NCBI GenBank assembly: GCA_964016885.1 | Contig: OZ024744.1 | Location: 69,688,001-69,752,000 of the forward strand | Source of the DNA: Eledone cirrhosa | Taxonomy: Eukaryota | Direction: 5' to 3' | DNA: 64,000 bases | In this document: positions 53,110 to 64,000 of the stretch, piece after piece | Layout: every line of letters begins with the position of its first letter | How positions within the stretch are numbered: position 1 is the first letter of the stretch | Notes under the pieces: generated by a model | Seen by the model: the letters and a program-made list of their open reading frames with translations, nothing else | The model's database searches: none | Told to the model about the DNA's origin: nothing | Made by a program: the position numbers and the translations under genes

Positions 53110-56100
53110 TTTTCTTTGAGTCTCAGTCATTGATGTTATCTAACTGAAAAGTTTGTTGAAATGAATATCAAGCCACTACCTGCAGCCTCAGATATTCAGG
53201 ACGTATCGGAGGGTTCTTGCTGTTCCCAGCAAGCATGCTTTTTGAAGTGTTCCAAAAAGCAGGGCTGGACCAATTTTCTTTAACCATCCTTGGAAACTCT
53301 TTGAGATAGTACCTAGAGCGTCTATGACAATCGGGACCACTTTGACTTCATGGCAGTTCCAAATCCTTTTTACCTCCCACTTTAAGTCCTGGTATCGGTT
53401 AATTTTCTCCCTCTCCTTCTCTTGCACTCTCGTGTCGAATGGGCAGGCTACATCCACAATCAGGCACGATCTTTTTCCCTTGTCCAAAACCACCAGGTCA
53501 GGTCTATTATGTTCCAGTTTCTTGTCCGTCTGTATCCTAAAATCCCACAGCACCTTCACCTGATCGTTTTCCATCACCGACTCTGGCTTATGCTCATACC
53601 ACTTCTCAGAAAGTGGTAAATTGTTTACTTTGCACAGGCGCCAGTGGATCACCATGCCCATCACATCATGTCTCCAGGCTTTATAGTGAGTCTGGGCTAG
53701 GTGTTTACACTCGGATACAATGTGAGCCACAGTCTCCTCTCTCTCTCTCTCTCTCTCTCCACAGATCCTACACAGTGGGCTAGCATCCTCCTTGTAAATA
53801 TGGTGTTTAACCCACTGCGTTTTGAGGGCCTGCTCTTGCGCAGCCATTAGCATTCCTTCTGTATCCTTTTTAAGGTCTCCTCTTTTTAACCAGTTCCATG
53901 TCTGTGGATCTCTAAATTCAGTTTTCTCAAAGAAGGTACTATGAAGGGATTTTTAATAGAGGTTGCTCTTCCTCCTTATTGTTATTTCCTCCTTGGACAT
54001 CCCCTGGTCTATTGTTCTCTACTTCAGTATAATTCTGAGCATTGGCTCCCTACTGTCGGTCACGTATTTGTGCAGGTAGTTTTTCTCCATCTGAACACAG
54101 TCCTCTATGCTGATAAGACCTCTTCCACCTTCAGATCTCTTTAAGTAGAGTCTTTCGACATCACTCCTCTTGTGGAACATGTAGATAGTCAATAGCTTCC
54201 TAGTCTTCCTATCCATTTTTTTTTGTTCAGCAACATTCCATCTCAGAATTCCAGCACTGTACCTAATAATAGACACAGCTCGGGAATTCACTGCACTTAT
54301 GACATTCCTACTATTTAGATGTGATTTTAATACGCTCCTAACTCTCCTAATGTACTCAGATCTTATCAATACCTTCATTTTTTTTTTTGTTCTTGGTGTC
54401 ATCTGCTTCCAGAACACCTAAATACTTGTATCCTTTTTCAGTGTCAATTTCCTTTATCATCTCACCTGTTGGTACCTGGATTCCGTTGCTTCTGCTCAAT
54501 TTACCCCTCTTCGTCACTAGGACTCTACACTTACTAATACCAAATTGCATACATATATCATTGCTGAAAATACGGACAGTGTCAACAAGTACATCCAACT
54601 CCTTCTCACACTTCCCAAAGAGTTTAAGGTCGTCCATGAAGAGGAGGTGATTGATGGTAAGCTCTCCCTTTCCCAACTTGTATCCTGCTCTCACTTTTCG
54701 CAGTATAATGGTCAGGGGGATCAGGGCAACAGAGAGGACAAACTATCTCCCTGGAAGATACCTCTCTTGATCTTCACGCCTCCCAATGATGCTCCAGCTG
54801 ATGTTAACTCTGTTTTCCAGGACTTCATACTTTTGCCCAACAACTGTCTGATGTTATCTGCCACCCTGAAGATCTCCAGGCTTTTGGTGATCCAAGAATG
54901 AGGCACCATGTCAAATGCCTTTTTGTAGTCTATCCATCCCATGGCAAGACCAGTGTGTCTCCTCTTGCAATTCCTCATTACCATCTTATCAATAAGTAAC
55001 TGGTCCTTTGTACAACAGGTCTTCTTTCGGTATCCTTTCTGTTCGTCCGGTAACAAGTTGTTTATGTGGAGGTGATGGTAGATTTCCTCAGGCACAATGC
55101 TTGGTAACAGTTTCCACATTACGGACAGACATGTGATAGGCCTATAGTTGGTAACATCATTACCCTTGGTTGGGTCTTTCATTACCAGAACTGTGGTACC
55201 TTTTGTCAACCACTCTTGTACCTCACCTGACATCAAGCAGTCATTGAACATGGTTGTCAGTTTCGGGTGGAGGGATGTTTTATTTTTAATCCAATACCCA
55301 TGCACACCATCTGGGCCTGGTGATTTCCAGTTGGTTAGTTTTCTGGCCTGCCCCTTAAGAGTTTCAACTGTGATACTCAAATCAGTTTTTTGGTGTGCCT
55401 GTTCACTAATCTCCTTTTGTACTGTCTCAATCCACACTGCCTGATCATTATGTTTAACATCCTGGTCCCATATTCCTCTCCAGAATGTCTTAGTCTGTTC
55501 CGCCTCAAGGGATCAAGTCGTTGCCTCTTTCTTTCCCTTCAAGCTGTCCAAACAACATCTTCTGGTAGTTGTCAAACATGCGGTTCTGTCTATACTGACT
55601 GACTCTGCTCTCGTATCGCCTGATTTTTGCACTCTTTGCTACAATGCGCTGCTTCAGTTCCTCTATGATAATATTTAGCTTTTTCCTCCTAGTTTTGTAC
55701 TTTATTTCCAGTCTATTTTTAGTGTCTATGTTTTGTAGTGTCCCATTCAGTAGGGACTGAAGCTTTCCAATGTCATTTCTCATTTCCTTGATTTGACCAT
55801 TCAGTCTTTTCTTCCACCAAGGTTCTGATCTTTCTTGTCTGTTGTTTCCTCTCGTTTTTATGCCCAGTAATTTCCTCACCACATTTGCTGTTGCTTTGAG
55901 GATATTGTTGCATTGGTGAAGGTTCCTCGCCTCAAGGTATGGGATGACTTTGTTTACTTTAGCTGTTGTTTCTTTTAACTTTTTCCTGTCTATTAATCTT
56001 AGATTCATAGGTTTACCACTATCATTGTTCATTTCATCTACCACTAAGTTTAGGATATAAACCAAATCTTGTCCTAGCCCGTCAGCATTCATTTCCTCAA

Positions 56101-56722
56101 TGGCCGTATCTTTGTCCCAGGTATTATTTATTTCAGCATTCAGATCATTGTCTGCTTCGGATGCTTCCTCCGTTCTCTCAACCTCTTCACCTTCATCTCC
56201 CACTGGTTCGTTTGCCTGGCATTTCCAATCTAATCTCTCTGCTGAGTTCCCCCAGTTCCAGCTCGCTTATCCACCCATTAGTTCTTATTACCCGAGCCTG
56301 CCCAGCCAATTTTTGTTCATCTAATTTAAATAGACCAATCTCGTTCCAGAAGTTATGCATCCGTTTCCTATAGCCTTTTTCCTTGGGGTTACTCTTCAGG
56401 TAACATTGCATAACAGTTCTATTCAATTCTTTCGTCCAGTTGGTTCTGGTCCCTTTCCTTCTTTTTCTTCCTCCAATACCAGCAGTATTTGGATGACAGC
56501 CAGGTCCCTGCTGCTGGGCCAGGGAGCAACTGCTGGGTGAGAGTCTGTCACATGACGTTCCAGTCTCCTCTTCACCGTTATTCGAACTGTTTAGGTTCAT
56601 TTAAACACTCATATCGAGGATTGGTGAATGTATGGTTACATAACCACCGGTGATTTCATCACCCCAGTGGTTTGATCACCCCCGGTGATTTTAGCGTGGC
56701 ACCATCACGCTGTAGACGAACA
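53110..56722 (-). mobile_element. R4/Dong-like non-LTR retrotransposon, second near-full copy
   Basis: Colinear with 32050-35640; CRICGE..HIVSEC, RLE motifs, FMDD. Confidence 0.93.
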
Positions 56723-57075
56723 TAAATAAATAAACAAATAAATAGGTAAAAACTTTAAAAAATAAGCATAAGTTTCATTGTAATGTAATGTTTGAATGTC
56801 TGACTTACTTTTTTTGTTTGTTTGTCTGTTTGTTTGTTTGTTTTTCTTTTCTTTTTTCTTTTCTTTACGTTTTTGGTATATATATATATATATGTATACA
56901 CATATATATATATGATATATGTGTGTGTGTGTATTTGTGTGTGTATGTGTGTGTATGTTTGTGTGTGTGTGTTAGTGTGAGTGTTTGTGGTTGTGTGTGT
57001 GTGTATGTGTTTGTATATATATATATATATGTGTGTATGTGTATATATATATATATATGTGTGTGCCTGTATGTG

Positions 57076-57110
<35 letters not shown>

Positions 57111-57957
57111 ATGTGTGTGTATTTGTGTGTATTGGAAGCATTTTCTGCCTGAATGCAAACCATGCAATACATGTCGAAAATATTATAAATGAATGCAAAT
57201 AACAAATCCGATTTTAATATATATTTTTCATTTTTATGAGAGACAGCTGGAATGAGGCCAGATACATGCTATATACCTACTTCAATTATATGGCTTTCAA
57301 TTCTAAAATTGCATATTCCAGCTTAAATACCAGGACTCGCCCCTCATATATTATATATTACTATATATATATGTGTTTGTGTGTGTGTGTGCATGTATGT
57401 GTGTGTGCGGATGTGTGCATGCATATTCATATATATATATATATATATATGTATGTATATATTATACACTCATATATTCATGCGTATATACTACGCGTTT
57501 GATAGTTTTGGAGGTGTTTAGGTGCAAGTCAAGATTAAAGCTTTTGGAAACGAGAAAATGAGTGGCGGGTGCTTTGTAGTAGTGGTTTGGTGGGTACCTT
57601 GACACTGAAACACTGCAACCACTTCCTTAGTTTACATGCTCATGGGGTTACACTGTAGGTGTAATATGAATAGAAGCAGTCGCGATTTTCCGTTGGCTTA
57701 AAATGCTGTGGACCTCGTTTAAGTGTCACCAGTCTCTTGAAGCTGGAGAATTGGCCGAGCTATTTCAGTGCAAAAATTGGTCTTACTGTATATATATATA
57801 TATATATATATATAGCATTTTAAGAGGGTCCGTCGAGCGGCGGATTATTGAGTCGGGTAGGATCGATATAGATCGAACCTTGAGCTGATCAGTGGCGAAA
57901 CGCGCGTCACCTATCAATAAATGCAATGAAGGAATAATCAATCGTCCTTTTTATCCT

Positions 57958-57995
<38 letters not shown>

Positions 57996-58102
57996 ATAAT
58001 AATAAATTTGAAGACTAAAATCCAAAGAGTGCTCGATAAGGATACATATATATCAAATATATAAGAACCGTAGAGCAAATATTTATTAAAATAACAGATT
58101 AA

Positions 58103-58153
58103 AGTTTAAGCAAAGAATCGCTGCTTTCACCCTTAACGGGATCTTCTGAAACT
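58103..58153 (-). ncRNA. Hammerhead-like motif (CAGAAGA), inverted-arm copy
   Basis: Reverse complement of 61709-61759. Confidence 0.6.
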
Positions 58154-58299
58154 AACAAAGTCAATCTGTAAACGCAGAAGTGGATATTTCAAAAAACGTT
58201 GCAACCGGAGGAAGACAGGAAGACGATACTTTGGTTCGTGGAAACGTTCCCTGGCAAAGAACGGGGAAAAACTAATATAATACTCATTATTTGGATTAT

Positions 58300-58445
58300 T
58301 TGCATAGTTACGTCCCTTTACGATCTGAGTTCAAATCCCGCCGAGGTTGACTTTGCCTTGCATCCTTACAGGGTCGATAAAATAAAGTACCAGTAATACA
58401 CTGGGTAATTGCTGGCCTTGTGCCTAAAGTAGAAACAATTATTTG
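58300..58445 (+). mobile_element. SINE family A inserted in the PLE left arm
   Basis: Absent from the right arm; TSD attatttggatt. Confidence 0.85.
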
Positions 58446-59171
58446 GATTGGTGAAAAACAATTACGCGCAAAGACAGAACCACGTTTATGGTATAAAAGA
58501 GGTCGTAGACTAATGTTCTCTTAGATGGTTCATAGAGACGTTCTCTGGCAATGAACGAAAAAAACGAAGATAATACGTCATATGTGGAGCGTGGAGAACA
58601 ATTGCATGCAAAGACAAAACCACGTAAATGGTATAGCAGAAGTCGTAGACTAAAATTCTAACTAGGAGATCGAATGAATCTCCGCTTCAGAGTTAAGAAC
58701 AAAGTAAATAAATACAATACAGAGGTAATAGAAATTAAATAAATACATACACAAGCATACGCGAAAACACTTACCATAGGTATACAAAACCACGCACATA
58801 TAAATATGTGTGTGTGTATGCGTGTATACAAATAAATAAATAATTAAATAAACGTATATAAATAAATAAATACGTATATAACAAGCGCACACACATACCT
58901 ACATGTAAATACACAAATGTTCGGAGACGTAAGTCAACCAAATCATGAAGTACACATATACACACACCCTACATACGTACGAACCTGCATACTCACAGAG
59001 ACGCAAAACACCCGTATACACACAACCAAATCATATGTACCAGAAAATATAAAATTATACGCCATAACATATACAATCAAATATACGTATGAGAAGGTAA
59101 TCGTACCTTCACAAAACATACAGGTAATATATACTTACCTATGCAAATAAGTAATGGTATAAACAAAACAT

Positions 59172-60771
59172 CCCCACTTTACCCTGAAGGATCAAAAATC
59201 CAATTTTCCGAACAACCCCTCTATTCAGCTTATTAACCCTACGAAGTCCGATTTAGGTAGACTGAGTAAAACGATTCTTGATAGAATTATACCTGAAATT
59301 AGAAATTTGGCCCCTCTTGCACTTCGGAACAATTCTTTCGCGGTGATTGATTGGTTCAACGGCATATGTAACAAGGAACATTGCCGTTTTATCCAATTCG
59401 ACATCAACAATTACTACTCCTCCATCACTTTACCACTTCTCCTTAGAGCTATCAATTTCGCTAAAACACTCACAGTGGTTAAGGATTTCGAAGTTGATGT
59501 CATCCTCAATGCCCGTAAGTCGGTGATTAATTTCGACGACTTTATTTTGATAAAAAAATCCAATAGTACCCCATTCGACGTGAGTATGGGCGCCAGCGAT
59601 TCTGCGGAGATTACTGATCTTATCGGCCTTTTCCTTCTTTTCTCCATCAAGGACGAATTCCCCAACGCGGGCGGTGGTTTGTACCGTGATGATGGTCTTT
59701 TAACCATGACTAAGTGCGGACCTCGTGCTTGCGACAGGTTCAGAAAAGAACTCACAGCCTTCTTTAAAGGCTTCAACCTCTCTATACAGGTTGAGGCCAA
59801 TCTCTCGGTCGTTAATTACCTCGACGTTACCCTCAATTTATTGAATGGGTTGTATTACCCGTATTGAAAGCCAAATGATACGCTTAATTAAATAAGTAAG
59901 CATTCCAACCATCCTGCCAGCATAACCAAGAACCTGGTAAGAAACGTTTCGTTGAGGCTTTCCCGTCTATCTACTAACGAGCATATTTTCAACGACCATT
60001 CCACTTATTACAATGAAGCTCTTTCTCGGAGTGGATTTGTCGATAAGGTAGCATATACAGAGTAGGAAAATAGACCTAGAAGAAATAGATCCCGTCGCAT
60101 TTGTTGGTATAACCCACCATATAATATGGAGGTGGCCACACCATTAGCTAAGATCTTATTACGAAGCATTTTCCTCCTACACATAAATATAGTACAATTT
60201 TTAATAGAAATACTATTAAAATTTCTTACTCTACGACTCCTAACCTTGCACATAACATCACAGCTTCAAATTTAGCTAAACTACCTAGCCGTAGGAACAC
60301 GTGCAACCCTGTAGTTAGTACTAACTGTAATTGTAGGAATCGGATTAATTGCCCCCTATCCGGGAAATGCCTCTCTAGTAACATCTAGGGTCTACAAATG
60401 TAAGGTTGAAACACCCACGTCCCGTAGGGCCTACATAGGGTTAACCGCCAATAGATTTAAGCAGCGTCTTTACATGCATACCCATTCTTTTCGTTACCCT
60501 CTAAGAAGGAATATGACGTCACTTTCAGCTTATATCTGTAGTCTAAAAGACAACCACACCCAATATAAGTTACACTGGGAGATCCTAGCTAGGGGCTAGA
60601 TCGTATAACGGAAATAAAAGACCATGTGACCTCTGCTCCGCTGAGGCCCTGGAAATACTCTACGCCACAGACCACATCTTAAACAAAAAATCTGAGGCAA
60701 TTTCGGCGTGTAAACATAAATTGCACAAAACTTTCCTGTATTACAGCCCCACGTTATACCCTAACAGATAG
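59172..60771 (+). pseudogene. PLE RT plus GIY-YIG endonuclease, 5'-truncated and disrupted
   Basis: FIQFDINNYYSSI, FDVSMGASDSAEITDLIG, LYRDDGL, NYLDVTL, CNCRNRINCPLSGKC, YKC..YIGLT..FKQR, CDLC..E, LNKKSE..CKH. Confidence 0.9.
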
Positions 60772-61708
60772 TACGATCTATACGTGGATATTTTACGTCT
60801 TGATGTGGTAGCTAAGTATATGTTTTGTTTATACCATTACTTATTTGCATAGGTAAGTATATATTACCTGTATGTTTTGTGAAGGTACGATTACCTTCTC
60901 GTACGTATATTTGATTGTATATGTTATGGCGTATAATTTTATATTTTCTGGTACATATGGTTTGGGTATATGTATACGGGTGTCTTGCGTCTCTGTGAGT
61001 ATGCAGGTTCGTACGTATGTAGGGTGTGTGTATATGTGTACTTCATGATTTGGTTGACTTACGTCTCCGAATATTTGTGTATTTACATGTAGGTATGTGT
61101 GTGCGCTTGTTATATACGTATTTGTTTATTTATATACGTTTATTTAATTATTTATTTATTTGTATACACGCATACACACACACACATATTTATATGTGCG
61201 TGGTTTCGTATACCAATGGTAAGTGTTTTCGCATATGCTTGTGTATGTACGTATTTGTATGCGTGTATGTATTTATTTAATTTCTATTACCTCTGTATTG
61301 TAATGATTTACTTTGTTCTTAACTCTGAAGCGGAGATTCTTTCGGTCTCCTAGTTAGAATTTTAGTCTACGACTTCTGCTATACCATTTACGTGGTTTTG
61401 TCTTTGCGTGCAATTGTTCTCCACGCTCCACATATGACGTATTATCTTCGTTTTTTTCGTTCATTGCCAGAGAACGTCTCTATGAACCACCTAAGAGAAT
61501 ATTTGTCCACGGCCTCTTTTATACCATAAACGTGGTTCTGTCTTTGCGCGTAATTGTTTTTCACCGCTCCTAATAATGACGTATTATTCGTTTTTTCCCG
61601 TTCTTGGCCAGGGAATGTTTCCACGAACCAAAGTATCGTCTTCCTGTCTTCCTCCGGTTGCAACGTTTTTTGATATATCCACTTCTGCGTTTACAGATTG
61701 ACTTTGTT

Positions 61709-61759
61709 AGTTTCAGAAGATCCCGTTAAGGGTGAAAGCAGCGATTCTTTGCTTAAACT
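61709..61759 (+). ncRNA. Hammerhead-like motif in the PLE 3' pLTR (core CAGAAGA)
   Basis: agttt CAGAAGA t ccc-gttaa-ggg t GAAA gca..tgc TT aaact. Confidence 0.62.
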
Positions 61760-62645
61760 TTAATCTGTTATTTTAATAAATATATATATATATATAAGTG
61801 TGTGTGTGTCTGTCTCCCTGTCGGCGCGCGCGCGCGCGCGTGTGTGTGTCTGAAAGTGAAATGTATACAACCGGTTGACTTAAGAAGCATTGGGAAAATT
61901 TGGGATTTTATATGGAGTCGACCCAACGCTGTTGACTGAAACTACTCGATCATTATAAATAGTAGTAGAAAAATGTCGGGTAAAGTACCCAGGTAACTGA
62001 AGAAAATCACCTGCATTGGGATGATTAAATTTCATGAGTATAAATGTATATTTATAGCTTTCTGAACACTGATAATTTAATATTTGTATTTGTAAAGTTA
62101 TGATGCACAGAAACGATATCGTCCAGGAGTCGAGATTTTTACTTTTGTCTCTGCCAAAACACAGCCACCTTACCTGCTATTAACTAAAATGTGTGCACTC
62201 TAAACAGTTAGTTTCAAATGCATTCTGGCAGATTCATTGAGTAAACTAGACGTTGGCCGAGGACTGTTGAAATAGTATCAACGACCTTCGTTGATTTATA
62301 TATATATATATTGTGTATATATATACTAATACGCGCTGACACACATGTGCATGCATACACGTGTGTGTGTGTAAGCACACACGCAAATACACATACATGC
62401 ATGGATATAATCGTGTAAACACATGAATGCATAGATGAATAATATGCTCGTATGTGGGGCCTATGTGTACCCCTATGTGTAGGGGCTAGTGGCCTTCTAA
62501 ATTAGATGTTGTGTGCCTAGTTCTATGTTAGATATTATGTGCCTAGTTCTATGTTAGTTATTGTGTGTATCGGGTTCAATCGGGGGTAACCCCAGTAAGT
62601 AAGGTACTCAATACATAGTAGAGTATAAATATTTAATATAAAAAT

Positions 62646-62696
62646 GGCTTCTACAGGTCTAGAACTGTTTCATTCGGGAGAAATCATCAGGAAGCC
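62646..62696 (-). ncRNA. Type-I hammerhead
   Basis: ggcttc CTGATGA ..gaat GAAA cag-ttctagac-ctg TA gaagcc (6-bp stem I). Confidence 0.8.
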
Positions 62697-63014
62697 GACT
62701 GTCCAAGGAATATGGTGGCATTTAACAAAAACACACACACACATAAAGACGCAGGCGCAAACGAATGCACTAAATACAAATTTAAAAAAAAAACGCACAA
62801 CAAATCAAGCAAAGACAACATAGAGTAGAATTTTAAGACCAGGGAAAGGAGGAGGCACAAAACAGATAATCATTGAGGAGCTCACAGAATGTGTGGCAAA
62901 AGAACTTTGATAAATAAATGAATAACGAATAATAAAGACAAAGTTAAAATTATATGGTGCATGTGTTTCTTTCTATTGGCAATATTAGCCACATGACCAT
63001 CCATCCCCAAACAT

Positions 63015-63049
<35 letters not shown>

Positions 63050-63127
63050 CGTAAACAAGACCCTTATTGCTCCAACCAGGCTATTTACCATCGATAACTA
63101 CCCCAAATATATATATATATATATATA

Positions 63128-63287
63128 GGAAAAGAGTCAGAACCTCGATGGCAGACCTCAACCCGTTTCGACGTCGAAACGGCTTGAGCTCTGCCGTCGG
63201 GGTCGTGACTCTTTTCCCATTACCCACTCTACTACCCAAAGTATCGAGTACTCTGCTGCGTTATGGTCCACCTGGTTCCTTCGTTAT
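63128..63287 (+). mobile_element. Fold-back element, family F1
   Basis: Axis tttcgac|gtcgaaa at 63172/63173; 45-bp arms; F1 tail. Confidence 0.85.
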
Positions 63288-63473
63288 ATATATATATGTA
63301 TTTATAAAGAATTAATATATCTAGTAACATATATATACAGATGCATACCTATACCAGCAAATATATAGGTTTTGTCTTAGTAACTTTGTGGTTCAATGCA
63401 TGGGGATGCAGAACAATAATATGAGAGACGTAAAATAAGAAAATTATAAAATTAACTTACTTACTAAAATTTC

Positions 63474-63555
63474 ACTCCAACTAATTAGTTTCTGAAAGGG
63501 AATAAACATAGTTTTCGAAGAAACGTACGGAGAAGCCTTTCGTCATCAGGGAAGT
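63474..63555 (-). ncRNA. Hammerhead with extended stem II
   Basis: tcc CTGATGA c gaaagg..cctttc a GAAAC taatta GTT gga. Confidence 0.75.
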
Positions 63556-63815
63556 CTATTCTCAGCTAAGTTTCCAGGCAATGCGTGGACACAGGTAACT
63601 TATACAAAAATAATTCAGTGGATGGAAAAAAGCAAAGCGTGGACTAAATTCCAAGCCATTGAAAAAATCACTGCCTACTGCGTCGGTGGCAAATTCAAAA
63701 GAATCAGTCACGTGACATCGAGGTCAATCAGTGAAGAGTGGTTTGTTAAGAAGACAGCAGCCGGACTGTTACTATAGTAGCAGTTTTGGCCAATTTTTGC
63801 TCGAAAAAATAATTT

Positions 63816-63858
<43 letters not shown>

Positions 63859-64000
63859 GAGAATTTATCTTCGAGCATAGCTGTATACAGATATATATTG
63901 GAATTTCGTATATATATATACATGTCTGTGTATGGGTATTGGAATTTCGTATTTGTAAAGAAATATGGTATTGTTTATAAAAAAAAAAAACATTTAGAAA

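Larger units (their letters stand above)
57993..61783 (+). mobile_element. Penelope-like element (Naiad-like) with ~1-kb inverted arms
   Basis: Arms 58079-59171 and 60820-61783 enclose the RT plus GIY-YIG pseudo-ORF; (TA)n on both sides. Confidence 0.9.

Noticed and set aside
59860-60771. Selenocysteine UGA codons as in some Naiad PLEs
   Set aside because: Conserved Cys positions are TGT/TGC. The TGA at 59865 is at an expected Arg, and TAA/TAG stops also occur, so this is ordinary decay.

Overview
Gene-poor, repeat-saturated eukaryotic (animal) DNA. The SINE family, TE set and microsatellite density suggest a cephalopod such as Octopus; this is an inference. I can support no host protein-coding gene. 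The window holds decayed Tx1/L1-clade LINEs, two near-full R4/Dong-like LINEs, RTE fragments and two Penelope-like elements (PLEs, GIY-YIG) with long inverted arms. It also holds two non-autonomous Helitrons, hAT/pogo/piggyBac MITEs, many tRNA-derived SINEs, a 5S pseudogene and a 3.3-kb 18-bp satellite. The main unexplained signal is a dense set (about 15) of type-I hammerhead ribozyme (HHR) motifs, mostly next to (TA)n tracts. Alongside them is a size series of fold-back elements (about 90 bp to 3.7 kb), several with their symmetry axis on hammerhead stem II, which suggests snap-back self-priming during PLE-type retrotransposition. A second signal is a Dong-plus-Tx1 composite that looks like a 3' transduction. 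All structures were folded by eye.
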